A DNA stretch of 64,000 nt. Origin: Eledone cirrhosa (lineage: Eukaryota). Below are positions 25,010 to 39,183 of this stretch, in pieces. Below the pieces are notes generated by a model, which did not search any database, was not told the origin of the DNA, and worked only from the letters and a program-made list of their open reading frames with translations. Both the position numbers and the translations under genes were made by a program. Each line of letters opens with the position of its first letter. Within the stretch, counting starts at the first letter, position 1. The stretch spans positions 82,956,001 through 83,020,000 of the forward strand of contig OZ024743.1 in assembly GCA_964016885.1 (NCBI GenBank), read 5' to 3'.

Positions 25010-25015
<6 letters not shown>
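23742..25015 (+). mobile_element. Non-coding HHR-bearing element with PLE-like inverted plus direct terminal repeats
   Basis: 23742-23950 is the reverse complement of ~24575-24785. 23950-24200 repeats directly at 24626-25015, interrupted by a SINE piece at 24811-24930. (TA)n on both sides. Confidence 0.7.
24408..24484 (+). ncRNA. Type I hammerhead ribozyme (canonical core)
   Basis: Stem I GTCCC/GGGAT; CTGATGA; stem II GCTC..AGATATC/GATATCT..GAGC; GAAA; palindromic stem III ACCCATGGGT; GTC site. Confidence 0.85.
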
Positions 25016-25084
<69 letters not shown>

Positions 25085-25520
25085 ATAAAGTGTATTTTGC
25101 AATACACTGTATGCTTAATTAAAAGCATTTCGAAGACCTTATGATATTGTTTTAGAGTAGTTACAGACTCACTTACTTTAATTTCAGCAAACAGGGGGAG
25201 ATAAAGCTGACAAGGTCTTTTTTCGCATTTATTGATGCTTATCAAAGCCAACTACTCCTCCCGTTTGCTGAAATCATGGATGTTTGGTTCTTATAGAATT
25301 CTAGTAAATAATCAGGAACTGATTATACAGAGAGGTTGCCGGTCAAGCAGAAATTGAAAATTAGAATTGGTGCTCTGAAATAGCTATATATATGAATGTA
25401 TATATAGTGTATTTTGCAATACACTGTATGCTTAATTAAAATCATTTCGAAGACCTTATGCTATTGTTTTAGAGTAGTGACAGACTCACTTACTTTAATT
25501 TCAGCAAACAGGGGAGATAA

Positions 25521-25565
25521 AGCTGACAAGGCCTTGTTTCGCATTTATTGATGCTTATCAAAGCC
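25521..25565 (-). ncRNA. Type I hammerhead, U3-A8 core
   Basis: GGCT-TTGATAA-GCAT CAATAA ATGC-GAAA-CAAGGCCTTG-TC-AGCT; palindromic stem III. Confidence 0.8.
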
Positions 25566-25701
25566 AACTACTCGTCCCGTTTGCTGAAATCATGGATGTT
25601 TGGTTCTTATAGAATTCTAGTAAATAATCAGGAACTGATTATACAGAGCGGTTGCCGGTCAAGCAGAAATTGAAAATTAGAATTGGTGCTCTGAAATAGT
25701 T

Positions 25702-25746
25702 GGCTTTGATAAGCATCAATAAATGCGAAACAAGGTCTTGTCAGCT
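25702..25746 (+). ncRNA. Type I hammerhead, U3-A8 core (inverted copy)
   Basis: GGCT-TTGATAA-GCATCAATAAATGC-GAAA-CAAGGTCTTG-TC-AGCT. Confidence 0.78.
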
Positions 25747-25906
25747 TTATCTCCCCCTGTTTGCTGAAATTAAAGTAAGTGAGTCTGTCACTACTCTAAA
25801 ACAATAGCATAAGGTCTTCAAAATGCTTTTAATTAAGCATACAGTGTATTGCAAAATACACTATATATACATTCATATATATATAGCTATTTCAGAGCAC
25901 CAATTC

Positions 25907-25962
<56 letters not shown>

Positions 25963-26237
25963 CGAATGAAGTGTGGTAATGAACCAGATGGACCATGAGG
26001 CACCATAGTACTCAATACTTAGGGTAGTAGAGTGGGTAATAGGAAAATGTTCAAGACCCCGATGGCAGAGCTCAAGCCGGTTCCACGGCTATTTCTGGAC
26101 TAAATTCAGTCCAGAAATAGCCGTCGAAACAGCTTGAGATCTGCTGGCGGGGTCTTGAACATTTTCCTATATATATATATATATAATGAAGGAATGAAGA
26201 ATAACCATCATAAGCTATACAGTAGCGTTTATTCCAA

Positions 26238-26357
26238 GTATTAACATATGTTTCATTGGCTAGTATGTGGTTGGATAAGTCTAAAAATCGCTATCTGCAA
26301 TGATGCTGCGACATTCGATTTTAAATGCTAGTTATACCAGTCAAATTATCAAAATAC
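26238..26357 (-). ncRNA. Hammerhead motif, U3-A8 core with long stem II, inside the fold-back 26185-26480
   Basis: GTATT-TTGATAA-TTTGACTGGTAT..ATACTAGCCAAT-GAAA-CATATG-TT-AATAC, then AATAAA. Confidence 0.6.
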
Positions 26358-27606
26358 TTGATTTTTAGACGCCACCAACCACATACTAGCCAATGAAACA
26401 TTTGTTAATACTTGGAATAAACCCTACATAGAATAAACCCTACTGTATAGCTTACCCGTGTTATTCTTCATTCCTTCAATATTAATACTCCAGGAACTGA
26501 TTACCTAGGAACTGTCTGGAATCAGCCACCAAAACACCACAACTTAGTAAACATCTTGTTGAGTCAAACAACGCCGCTCGTTAAAATCCTCCACGGTACA
26601 GATTACTCGTAACCTCTACTTGGATTACCTTAACCGATACCTCGTTTACTTCAATACTATATATATACTCATCAGGACTGGGACCGCTTCTGACTAACAC
26701 TTAGAACATGTGGCCAGTGGACATGAGATCAAACTATACCAAGTTGATCCGAGTACTTGCAGCAGAATGGATAATTGTACTACGTTAAAGACCCCCTAAA
26801 GACCAGGGTGTAGTGTTAAAATAAATGACGGATTAAGTCTATACCCAATTTGACTACAACGGGATGGATTGAACTCGGAATGTCAAGAATCTGAACAAAT
26901 ACTGCAAGGCATCTTGTTCGAAACTCTAATAATTCCACCCATTGCCTTGGACTGCTACTTAAATTTTTATCGACCCCGAAAGGAAAAAAAATAAAATTGA
27001 CTCGATGGGAATTGAACACAGGAACACAGAGAGCCCGAACAAATACCACAAGTGATTTTGTCCAACGTTCTAACGACTCTCCAAAGAAATATAGGGAAAT
27101 GCAACTGTGATCTCCTTTCCCAAGAACAGGAACCTCCTTGCTCTCATCCACTCGGACATCTCTAACACCTCTCGGATGACTGTACACACAAAATGTAATA
27201 TATTTTCTCCTTCAATGACTTCCATTACAACTTGCACAGTTCTAGTACAAGTTCCACAGACCCAGATTCCCCGGAGACTTCCGTTTCTTTGCTAATGTCA
27301 GTAAGTCTTCGATTTCGATAAAAACAAATTTGTCGTCTTTCAAAATTCGCCCATGTCTGACACGACAGTTTTCTGTCAAGTTTTCAACCCATCAACTTCA
27401 ACGCAACAGAAACCATCTGGATTCTGCACTAAAATCTCGCTCTATAACAGTACACCGCCCCCCTCTCTCTCTCTCTATATATATATATACGTATACACAC
27501 AACCATAATATCAACACCAGTGTAATTTAGAGCGTCATTATAAACTACATGAAGAGACTTCCCCTTCTCTCTCTCCCGCTATTCTTCTCTATCTCATCTC
27601 ATCTCT

Positions 27607-27714
<108 letters not shown>

Positions 27715-27905
27715 CTCTCTCGCTCTCTCTCTCCCTCTCTCCCCTCTTTCTCTCTCAACGGAAATCAAATTCTTCGAACGAGAAGAATTTCACCCAAGCC
27801 TGGTTCCCTTCCTATTGGACACATCAAAATCTGCCAATATCGAAGATATATAACCGTTGGCCATTCTCAAATCTTTACATTTTCCCTGGTCCCAATGCGT
27901 TATAT

Positions 27906-28004
<99 letters not shown>

Positions 28005-28030
28005 GTGCGTGTGCGTGCGCGTGTGTGTGT

Positions 28031-28360
28031 GAAGGCGCATGGCTTAGTGGTTAGAGAATTGGGCTTGCAATCGAAAGGTTGTGAGTTCAATTCTAGGACT
28101 GGGTGATGTGTTTTATCCTTGAGCAAGACGCTTTATTTCCCGTTGCCCAGATTACTCAGCTGTAGAAATGAGTTGCGATATCACTGGTGTCAAGATGTAT
28201 CGGCCATTGCCTTTCCCTTAGACATCATCGGTGACATGGAGAGTGGAGGTTGGTATGCATGGGAGATTGTTGGTCTTCCTTAAAAACAACCCTGCCCGTA
28301 CTTGTTCCTCGGAGGGAAACTTTCTAGGTGCAAATCACATGGTCATAAATTCGTGACCGA
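28031..28360 (+). mobile_element. tRNA-derived SINE, family B
   Basis: A box TGGCTTAGTGG, B box GAGTTCAATTC, central CCTTGAGCAAG..TTTATTTC (also at ~19843). Lies between (GT)n and (TA)n. Confidence 0.7.
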
Positions 28361-28369
28361 AGGGGGTCT

Positions 28370-28447
<78 letters not shown>

Positions 28448-29836
28448 GATATCCACAGTAAGTTGTGGGGTCTAGTCTGCATGAAGAACTCAATGTAATC
28501 CATATATTGAAAATGTTGTAGGTTAAAATAAATCCAGGAAAACAATAAAACATTAAAAGGAAAACAGAGTCATGATATAAGTTAAAACAATGAAATAAAA
28601 ATTCAAGTCACTCGACCAACAGATGGACACAGAAATCTCAAAGCACTCTGAAGGCCTACTCTACAAAAAACCCCTAAAACTTTGGAAAGAAAACTGTGAG
28701 GATGAAGAACTAACATCCCTCCAGCGATGGGAAAAAAACGCTACCTGGTTCAACAACTACGAAATGGACTTCAAAAATGAACAACATACAGGTAACCCAT
28801 TTTTAAAACAAACTAGAACTCACACACCACATGCACAACAAATAAAAAAAAAAGTAACAAAACGTCCAACATACCCCCAGCAAAACTATAACGATAATCC
28901 CAGAAACCATAGACAAAACTATAACCCTACTAACAAAAACCAAAGATCCTCGAACACAAGGCAGGACCTGATCCGCAGATCACAACCCACACAAAACCTA
29001 TTCCAAAACCGTAGACCCCTGCCCACACAGAGCCTGTTCCAAAACCGTAGATCCCAACCCACACAAAGGAACAAAATCTACAACCCGGACTATCAACAAA
29101 CCGAACCTCAATACGTCCGAAACTTCTATACAAGACCACACAACAACAGGGGAAATACCATTAGATATAATAATTGTTTCTACTTTAGGCACAAGGCCAG
29201 CAATTACCCAGTGCATTACTGGTACTTTATTTTATCGACCCCGTAAGGATGAAAGGCAAAGTCAACCTCGGCGGGATTTGAACTCAGATCGTAAAGGGAC
29301 GTAACTATGCTGGAAAGCATGGCGTCCGACCCTCCACCGATACTGCCAATCCACCAATAATACCATTGAAAAAACATTCCAGAAAAATCATTTATTAGAC
29401 CAAGGCTACAGGACTCACGACACCCGGTGGCACAAACCGATTTTGAAAAACCGAAAATAATTAACATTTCAAATAAGTAAAAATTCTCTCCAAAGGTCTG
29501 AAATTCACACCAACACCACAATACCCTAACCCCAACGAGATAAATGACGATATCTCACACTTCTGTAGAAAATTACGTCTCACAGAGGAATTCTTTGACA
29601 AGGAGAATAACGACGAATCAATTGTACGGAATAAAAGCAGCTACAACCCAACAAAAGGTAGAAACAGAGTTCTGGACAAATTTTGTGACCACATAGCTAC
29701 CTTCCCATACCATGAACTACCGCAACCTAAACCCAAACCCAACACGAGTCGAAGGGAATGGGAGATTATCCATGAACTAAAAAACAATACGGACATTATA
29801 ATTAAGGAAGCGGACAAGGGAAGTACTGTTGTCGTT

Positions 29837-31666
29837 ATGGAGGCTGAAAAATATAAAAATTCTATGTTCTCTCTCTTACAAAATACTAATTACTATGAAA
29901 GAGTAAAAAACTACCAGCAATCAAAAATAATGACCAAATTAAACACACTGATTTATCGATACCAGGAAGACCTAACTAAAAAGGAACGCGATTATTTAAC
30001 AAATTTTGAATACAAAACCAGCAACCTTTACGGACTTCCGAAGATCCACAAGTGTAAAATAATCAACGATGCCTGTAAACAATCCACCTCAGCCCACGTG
30101 AACACACAATACCCCACAGACCCAATTGTAGCGGGCCCACAATGTGAAACACACAGATTGAGCAACTTTACAGACATACTACTGAAACCAATACTGAAAC
30201 ACATACCAAGCCTTGTAAGAGACGATCTGGACCTCTTAAACCACCTCCCTAAACATGTCAACAACGACACTATTATTGTGTCTTTCGATGTAGTGAATCT
30301 CTACATAACGATCCCACACCAATACGGACTAGAAGCAATAGGATTCTGGCTAGAGAAATATCCCAATGAGATACCTGACAGAATAGAAAAAAGCTTCATC
30401 ACCGAGGGATTAAAATTCATCCTACAGAACAACCTTTTTGATTTCGATGGCAATACTTACAAGCAAATATCGGGGACTGCGATGGGTACAAAAGCCGCTC
30501 CAACTTATGCCAACTTAGTCATGGCATACTTAGAAGTCCAGATATATGAACAGTCCAAATCAAAATACGGATTGAACTTCCACAAATATTTATCAGAGAA
30601 TTGGAAACGCTACTTGGATGACTGCCTCATTCTTTGGTCCCACACACTCGACCAACTGAAGGATTTCAAAAACTTAATAAACCGCATCAATAACCACATC
30701 CAATTCACAATGGAATACAGCCAAGATCAACTCCCATTTCTGGACATCTTAATCTTAAAAAAAGACACAAATATCGAAACTGACATACACTACAAACCAA
30801 CAGATTCCAAACAATATCTGCTATTCACCTCCAACCATCCAAAACACACGAAGACGAACATTCCTTTTAACCTAGCAAGAAGAATTTGCACAATTGTCTC
30901 CAATTATGAAACGCGAAATAAAAGACTTCAAGAATTAAAGGAAATTCTACTCGAGAGAGAGTACCCACTATTACTAATAAATAATGGAATAGAAAGGGCT
31001 AAAGCAATAGGCATTGATGAATTACGGAAACAGAAACAAATTCAAGGTACGTCCAATATTCTATCATATATCTCAACACACAACCCAAGAAATGTGGAAG
31101 CTTACAACACTATTCACAATAACATCCCACTACTAAAACAAAACCCAAGAATGAAAAAAGCCCTTGAAACACACAAAATAATCAAAAGCAAAAGACAACC
31201 AAAATCACTGAAAACATTACTCACCAATGCCAAATTACCTACCACAAACCCACAACCAAGTATCAAAAAATGTGGTCGCTCTAATTGTGGAACCTGCACT
31301 CACCTCATTGAAGGCAACACGTATACATTTAAACCAGGACAAAATTTTACTGTAAAAAATAACTTCACTTGCTCATCAAAAAATCTAATTTATGCCATTA
31401 AATGTAAAGGATACAATGAAGATTATATAGAACAAACTAAACTCACACTCAGAAACAGAATGACAGTTCATCGCCAACAATTACGAGATCCAACCACGAG
31501 ACAGATACCACTAAGTGCACATCTAGACATTTGCGCAAGTAATAAGACACCCAAATTCCAAGTCTTCCCATTTTACCTTTGCACTAACAATACAACAGAA
31601 CAAATGCGAATAAATAAGGAAAATATGTTTATTCAAAAATATAGACCAACATTAAATATGGTTTAA
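29837..31666 (+). pseudogene. PLE RT + GIY-YIG endonuclease (609-aa open segment), probably inactive
   Basis: LYGLPKIHK, SFDVVNLY, GTAMGTKAAPTYANL, WKRYLDD, LPFLD, CGRSNCGTC, LIYAIKC..YIEQT..R...H. The R of RPIV is missing and YIG is changed to YIE. Confidence 0.85.
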
Positions 31667-31890
31667 TATACATTATGTCAACACCATAATATGACATACA
31701 CACACACACATAACACCTTCTACTTTAGAAAATAAAAACCCGAACTAAATAAACCTTAACATACGTTTGCACTGACAATACAACAGCAAACACGAATAAG
31801 TAAGGAAAATATGTTCATTCAAAAATATTCCTACTAAAGGAATCACTTTCCTACACACACACATACACACACACACACATACACACACAC

Positions 31891-31959
<69 letters not shown>

Positions 31960-32204
31960 TCTTCATCTTAACATGCTAACCATACTCCCTCACACATAAC
32001 ACCCATACACACACATAACAACCCCCACACCTACAACTCCCTCCCCATTTCTACTAATAGAACCACTTTCCTACACACATATATATACACACACACAAAA
32101 TATTTATTCTCTCCATCTTAACATACTCGCACACACACACATAACACCCATATACACACACACACAACTCCCTCCCCCATTTCTACTAATAGAATCATCT
32201 TCCA

Positions 32205-32273
<69 letters not shown>

Positions 32274-33154
32274 TATACAAGCACACAAATAAACATACAT
32301 ATCTTCACTTCAATAGAAAATCTGAACTCTGACACCCCAGCGAACTAACCATATTCACTGAACCAGAACAATTCTCCCAATCCCATTTCTCTTGACCACT
32401 ATCTTTCCACTGTCATAACATTCGCTATAAAGACTACAGAATAGTTTTCCAAATAAGGGCGCAAAAATGTAATGAAAACTTGTTCACGTGACAGCCAAAT
32501 TTCATTTATAACCAATCAAATCACGTTTATTAAAAAAAAATTAAAAAAAGACTTCGTGAGCCACCTTTTTTTTAAAGTAAAGAAATTCAAACACACACAC
32601 ACACAACACACACACACACAACACACACACACACACGCACGCACACACAAGCACACAACTAAACACACATATCTTTACTTTCTTTATTCAATAGAAAATC
32701 TGAATTCTGACACCCCAGCGAACTAACCATATTCACTGAACCAGAACAATTCTCCCATCCCTTTCTCTTGACCATTATCTTTCACTTATCAAAAAATTCT
32801 CTAAAAAGGCGACAGAATGGATTTCCAAATAGGGGCACAAAAATTTAATGAAAACTTGTTCACGTGACAGCCATAATTTCATTTATAATCAACCAAAAAA
32901 AAGCCTTCGTGAGCCTCCTTTTTTCAAGTAAAAAGAAATTCAAACACTCATATATGAAAAAACAACCTGTGACAACCCCCCCCCTCTTATTTGAAGAACT
33001 ATTGTAACGCGAACTGGCGCGAAATTTATTGACAAACCAATCAAATTACTTCTCGAAAAACCTGGCATTTCGAGCCACTTTTTCCATATAAAACAAGTAA
33101 CATTCAGAGACCAACCAGATGTGAGAAAAACCACAGACCCTCCATCTCAACTCA

Positions 33155-33192
33155 CCTTTTGAAAAGCAGAAGAACTGCGAAACCGGTAAAGG
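33155..33192 (+). ncRNA. Minimal type I hammerhead, U3-A8 core
   Basis: CCTT-TTGAAAA-GCAG AAGAA CTGC-GAAA-CCGG-TA-AAGG; stem III ACCGGT is palindromic; AATAAA 5 nt downstream. Confidence 0.75.
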
Positions 33193-33344
33193 AACCAAAT
33201 AAATATATATATTTTTTAAAAAAATAAGACTCCAGTTGCATTTTCGATTTCATCTCTTTTTCTTTATACTTTCACTCGTGTAGGACACCTCGGTTATTTT
33301 TCATTTTGTAAAAAATACCTCACTTTCTAATATATATATATATA

Positions 33345-33706
33345 TATAACTTTGATAACTTTGATAGGTTTCGGCCAGTATTGGCCCAGGCTATGTCTAA
33401 CTTAATAGCACCAGCTGGCGAAGTCTCACAAATCAGTGTTTGGGCACCATGGCCCACTCGAGCAGAGAGTTATTGTTTGCGGAGGCATATCTGGGTGTAG
33501 GAGGCTTATCCGGGATTTCTTGAAGGAATTTATCCAAAGACTTTTTGAACTTGATGGGGTCTGTCTCTGCTTTGATGTGTTTTGGTGTAATGTTAAAGAG
33601 TGCAGGGCCAATTGAGGTGAAATAATTGTGCCGTATTGTTGTTATGTGATGCAAGTGGGATTTTTGTCGTGGGCGGATAGCACGGGGCCCAAGCCTTGGG
33701 TGTACA
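33345..33706 (-). mobile_element. CR1-group LINE 3' end
   Basis: RLGPRA..IGPALFN..FKKSLDKFLQEIPDKP..NSL, homologous to 2440-2670; terminal hairpin GGCCAATACTGGCC. Confidence 0.75.
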
Positions 33707-34266
33707 CTAACATATGTGCATGTGTGTGCATATATGTGTGTGTATATATATATATACATATATACACATATACATATATACACATATACATATATGTGTA
33801 TATATAGAAATATATATATATTTATATATATATGCGTGTATGTGTATATGTGTGTGTGTGTATATATCTGTGTATATGTATGTATAAATATGGATGTGTA
33901 TATATGTGTGTATATGTATGTATATATATATATATGTATGTGTGTGTATGTGTGTATATATGTGTGTATATATACATACATATATATATATGGTACGTGA
34001 ATGTGTATGGATGCATGTATATGATTATAAATTTTATATCCGTGCATGTGTAAGACAAGTTACTTCTTTTAAGGTATGACGTTAAATGCATATTTAATAT
34101 ATTATAGGTTTTTTTATAGATGTGTATGTATGTGTGTATGTACGTTTATATGTGAGTGTGTATGTGTGCGTGTGTACAGATGTGTATGTATGTGTGTATA
34201 TATATATATATGTGTGTATATATATATATGTGTGTATATATATATGTGTATATATATGTATATATA

Positions 34267-35135
34267 TTGTTATACTTTGGGAGGGTCATGTTGCCAATAA
34301 GAAACATACGCACCAGTTGCTTTCACTTCAATTTATTATAATAAATTTAGGAATTTATAAATTTCCGGTTGGTTGGTTGGTTCCACAACCAGATGGTTGT
34401 TTCAATATTGTCAAAGTTCTTTCGTCACACATTATGTGACCTCTTCAGTGACTGGGGTTCTTTTCTTTGTTTTTTGTGCCTCTCCTTTGTTCTGTCCTAC
34501 GCCATCTTGTTTTTGTGTGTGTGTTGTGTGCTTAGTTTGCGCATGTGTTACATCCGGGTGTCTGTGTGTGTTTATATTCGTTTATTTATTTGTTTATTTA
34601 CATGTTACTGGTTGGTTGTTTGTTCTATGTGCGTGTGTGTTTTCATTTTGTCCTTAATTGTAAGTTGTGATGTTGCTGTTCCACTCATGTTTTCTATTTA
34701 ATTTTGGTTGTAATTCATTTATGTTTATTGCCTCTGTGATTTGTCTAAACATTGCGTCTTTTCTGTGTGTAGATTCTATTTTTATTTCTATGTTCTCTAA
34801 TTTACCCTTGTGTTCTATTTTAGCATGTTGATAGAGTACAGATGATTCTTTACTATCTTGAAGGTCTCGCCAGTGTTCATTTATCCGTTCCCCTATACTA
34901 TGAGCTGTCTCACCTATGTACCCTATATTTTTATCTCTACATTGTCTTTCAGTACATCTTATGCTATATACTACATTTCTAGTTTTACAGTTAATATGGG
35001 GGCTTAATTTACAGATTATACATTTCTTATCTATACAGGGAGGTCTTTGAAAAGGGTATGTCTTGCTAATAAGTATTTTTATGGAGGTACCTGGTCTTTC
35101 TACTATCTTAATATTGAGTTTATGTTTATCATAAA
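34267..35135 (-). mobile_element. Inverted 5'-truncated copy of the adjacent PLE (GIY-YIG end + pLTR, HHR at 34410-34452)
   Basis: Reverse complement of ~38500-39335 with scattered substitutions and indels. Confidence 0.92.
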
Positions 35136-37209
35136 TATAAACGAAAGAACTTTGACAATATATAAACAACCATCTGGTTGTGGAACCAACCAACCAACTG
35201 TAAATTTATAAATTCCTAAATTCCTAAATTTATTATAATAAATTGAAGTGAAAGCAACTGGTGCGTATGTTTCTTATTGGCAACATGACCCTCCCAAAGT
35301 ATAACAATATCGGTTTCAACACACGTTTTCAGATAAAGAATCTTGCTAAACAAATTCAGAAACGAAATATCGTAAGCCTTAGCCAGGCTAACAAGATACT
35401 GAAAACCACCATGTTCTGTTGTCTACAAAAAACAATAACATCTCGACAACTACACTTCATAAAAGAATGTTCCTCGTCCCGAGTTTACGCCAACGCCATC
35501 AACACCGATGTAAGAAGATTACAGCTCACCAAAAAGCAAGCAGATAGGCTAAAACGAACACTAATTCTAAACATAAAAAAAGAAGATTTATAGAGAATTA
35601 AGTCATCAAGAAAAACATAAGCGTAACCTAATACAAGAAATAACTAAGATCACCACACCAAGAGAAAAACTAATATTTATAAGCCTTATACGTCCTGAAG
35701 AACAGTACATTGTTCAAGAATGTGACAAGCACTTTAACAAGAAACTAAAGTGGCTTAAACAGATAAAACTAAATCGAGATACTTTAGAGAATATCAATAG
35801 ATATCCCGACAAAATTGACGGTATAAACATAGCCGACATCTCATTAACAGATGAATTCAACAACAACAACACAAATATATACGGCAACACTACGGTCGAC
35901 TCTGATGAATTATCTGTATTACAACTGCCGCCGAAGTATGCCACATTCAATAAGGTAAATATGATTAGATGCTTGTCAGAAATAGAAAAATCATTTACAA
36001 AATTACGTTGGAGCCTCAAAAACAAAAACAAAAACAAAAGTAACAACATACGCACACACATATACAACACACATCCCAACAACAACAGACACACAGACAC
36101 AAACAGCAATAACAACAACACACACATCAACAATAATAACATACTCAGAAACAACAACAACAGACACGCAGACACAAACAACAATAACAACACACACAAC
36201 AATAATAACATACACGGAGACAACAACAACACACATCAACAACAGCAAACATCAACAACAACAACAACAACACACACACATTCAATGCCTCTCACCACCA
36301 CCACAATCTTAACAAACACACAGACACAGAAAACAGGTAATGACAGTAGCACAGAAATAAGGGAAGGTAATAGGATTGAAAGGAGAAGGGAGACTATGGA
36401 CAGAGAAAATAACGAACACACAGACACACAAAATAGAGAAGATAATAACAATGAGCCAGAGGAAAGAGACAGGAGTAATAATGAGAGACATAGAAACAAC
36501 AATGAGGCTGTTGGTGGAAATAGAAATAGAAACAACACAACTAACAATAACAATAGCACTAGTACACATAAAGCAGCAGCCTGGAACTCTACTTTTTATA
36601 ATCCCTCCGATACCTCGTTCGACCTGCGACGATTCCACGCCACGACTTTAGCTTTTAACAAACGCACGCAATTGCCGTCGCAGGTCGATGAACAAACAGA
36701 AGCACAATTTAGTATAGCTAGATCTAAACTTAGAAATATTATAGAACAGTATAGCAAGAAACATAATAGAATGGAGGCCCAGCAACTGGGAGAAAAATCT
36801 GCAAATGGCTTGCGTAAACTCATGCAACGCTCGCGTAATGGAGAGATAGCATGCTTTCCAACAGACAAGTCTGGCCGAATGTCGGTTGACAGTCTGCCAA
36901 ACTACATCCAGGCAATGCAACCCCACATCACTAACACAAGAGAAGTAACACCACAAGAGGATGAGGATAGAGAAAAAGCCCTCAATGCCCATATGGTGAT
37001 GTGGACAAATATAATACAGCCCAACAAAAGGACTGCCAACAACTTCCAGGCCTGGAACAATGACGTGCCAGCGTTGTATGGGCTTCGAAAAGACCATAAA
37101 ACGAGCAGTGACCCTGTCACGGGACCACCAACACGGCCAGTCTGTGGAGCTAACATTGCTAGTAGCTACAGACTGTCCTACTTCCTCTCCCTGATCATAC
37201 GCCCCATCA

Positions 37210-38976
37210 TTGAAATGTCTGCCAGATGTATGTGACAGCATGGAGGACCTCCTCAGCAGAATCGACGAGAGTAACCGATCTAGGGACCTAACAAACTGCA
37301 TAATAGGTAGTATGGATGTTGTGTCCCTGTATCCATCTATTGACGTGGATTTTGTTGTGGAGAAATGCGTAGAAATGATCAGTGAGAGCAATGTTGAATT
37401 CCGTGGGATTGATACCAGTGAGCTGGGACTTCTACTTAAACTTACCTATAGTAATAATTATCTAGACACATATGACCTTAGCAACCTGTGCCCTACAAGA
37501 CCAGCAAGAGGTAGACCACCTACCATTACCTCAATGGCCAAGAAAACCCACACAGATAGATGGAACGGGTGGACCAGAGTCATACGGACCCCCGAAAATC
37601 ACGATGAACTAAAGAAAATGATTGCACATGCGGTGGGGGCCAGCATAAAATTAACCCTTAAGGAACATATGTTCAAATTTAATGGAAAAACATATGCTCA
37701 AGAGGAGGGAGCAGCCATTGGTGTTAGCATTGCAGGCGACATAGCTAACTTATTCATGGTATGGCGGGACAGTAGACTTAAACTTAAACTTAAAGAACAA
37801 TTAGAAGACCCCTTAACCCTGATAATGTACTCCCGCTACGTTGATGATATAAACATCGTAGTTAAAACACCCCCACTAGAGAACAAACAGAACAGTCAGG
37901 AATTAGAGAAAAACACAATGGAAAGCATCCAGCAAATAGCTAACTCCATCCACCAGAGTATTAGAGTTACTATAGACTACCCAAGCAAACACCCCAACCA
38001 TCGATTACCTGTACTAGACACAGAGCTCTGGTTAGATACCATTAATAACCAAAAACAAATCCTCCATTCCCATTATGCCAAACCCATGACTTCCAAATAT
38101 CTGATCCACCGCAACTCAGCTGTTTCGGACCATACCAAAATCAACATACTGATTGAGGATTTGGTACGGGTGATGAGAAACGTGTCCCGCATGTGCAACC
38201 CCGAAGAACTAGAGAGACACACACAACACTTCATCCACCGTATGCAGTTCTCTGGTTACAATCAGAGAAATAAAATCAGAGTGTATAGAGGAGCCAGAAC
38301 CAAATGGGAAAAACTGGTAAATAATGACACAAATTGGACCTGCCCCTTGTATAGGAGCAAATTTTGGAATAGAATAGAAAGAACTAGGAATAAGGCTAAT
38401 AGAATGAACTCATGGTATGATAGCAATAAATACCAGAGTGTAATGTTCATCGATACAACCCCTAGAGGTGAATTAGCTTACAAAGTTAGAAGCGCCCTAG
38501 ATAAACATAAACTCAATATTAAGATAGTAGAAAGACCAGGTACCTCCATAAAAACACTTATTAGCAAGACATACCCTTTTCAAAAACCTCCCTGTATAGA
38601 TAAGAAATGTATAATCTGTAAATTAAGCCCCGATATTAAGTGTAAAACCAGAAATGTAGTATATAGCATAAGATGTACTGAAGGACAATGTAGAGATAAA
38701 AATATAGGGTACATAGGTGAGACAGCTCGTAGTATAGGGGAACGGATAAATGAACATTGGCGAGACCTTCAAGATAGTAAAGAATCATCTGTACTCTACC
38801 GACATGCTAAAATAGAACATAAGGGTAAATTAGAGAACATAGAAATAAAAATAGAATCTACACACAGAAAAGACGCAATGTTTAGACAAATCACAGAGGC
38901 AATAAACATAAATGAATTACAACCAAAATTAAATAGAAAACATGAGTGGAACAGCAACATCACAACTTACAATTAA
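37210..38976 (+). pseudogene. PLE RT + GIY-YIG segment, frameshifted from the upstream part
   Basis: GSMDVVSLYPSI, GAAIG, YSRYVDD, LPVLD, CIDKKCIIC..C, VVYSIRC..YIGETARSIGERINEH, EA..I....PKLN. Confidence 0.88.
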
Positions 38977-39140
38977 GGACAAAATGAAAACACACACGCA
39001 CATAGAACAAACAACCAACCAGTAACATGTAAATAAACGAATATAAACACACAGACACCCGGATGTAATACATGCGCAAAAATAAGATGGCGTAGGACAG
39101 AACAAAGGAGAGGCACAAAAAACAAAGAAAAGAACCCCCA

Positions 39141-39183
39141 GTCACTGAAGAGGTCACATAATGTGTGACGAAAGAACTTTGAC
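39141..39183 (+). ncRNA. Minimal hammerhead motif in the pLTR
   Basis: GTCA-CTGAAGA-G-GTCACAT AAT GTGTGAC-GAAA-GAAC-TT-TGAC; identical inverted copy at 34410-34452. Confidence 0.7.

Larger units (their letters stand above)
25085..25905. mobile_element. Retrozyme-like array: two ~316-bp tandem units plus an inverted partial copy, with three HHR motifs
   Basis: Units ~25085-25400 and ~25403-25700; 25700-25905 is the reverse complement of ~25362-25570. HHRs at 25205-25249(-), 25521-25565(-) and 25702-25746(+). Confidence 0.75.
28500..33330 (+). mobile_element. Neptune-like Penelope element, 5'-truncated, SINE-interrupted, with a long 3' region and HHR
   Basis: Coding remnants from ~28560; LSKGLKFTP and IIIKEADKG upstream of the main ORF; SINE at 29168-29357; HHR at 33155; (TA)n on both ends. 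Confidence 0.8.
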
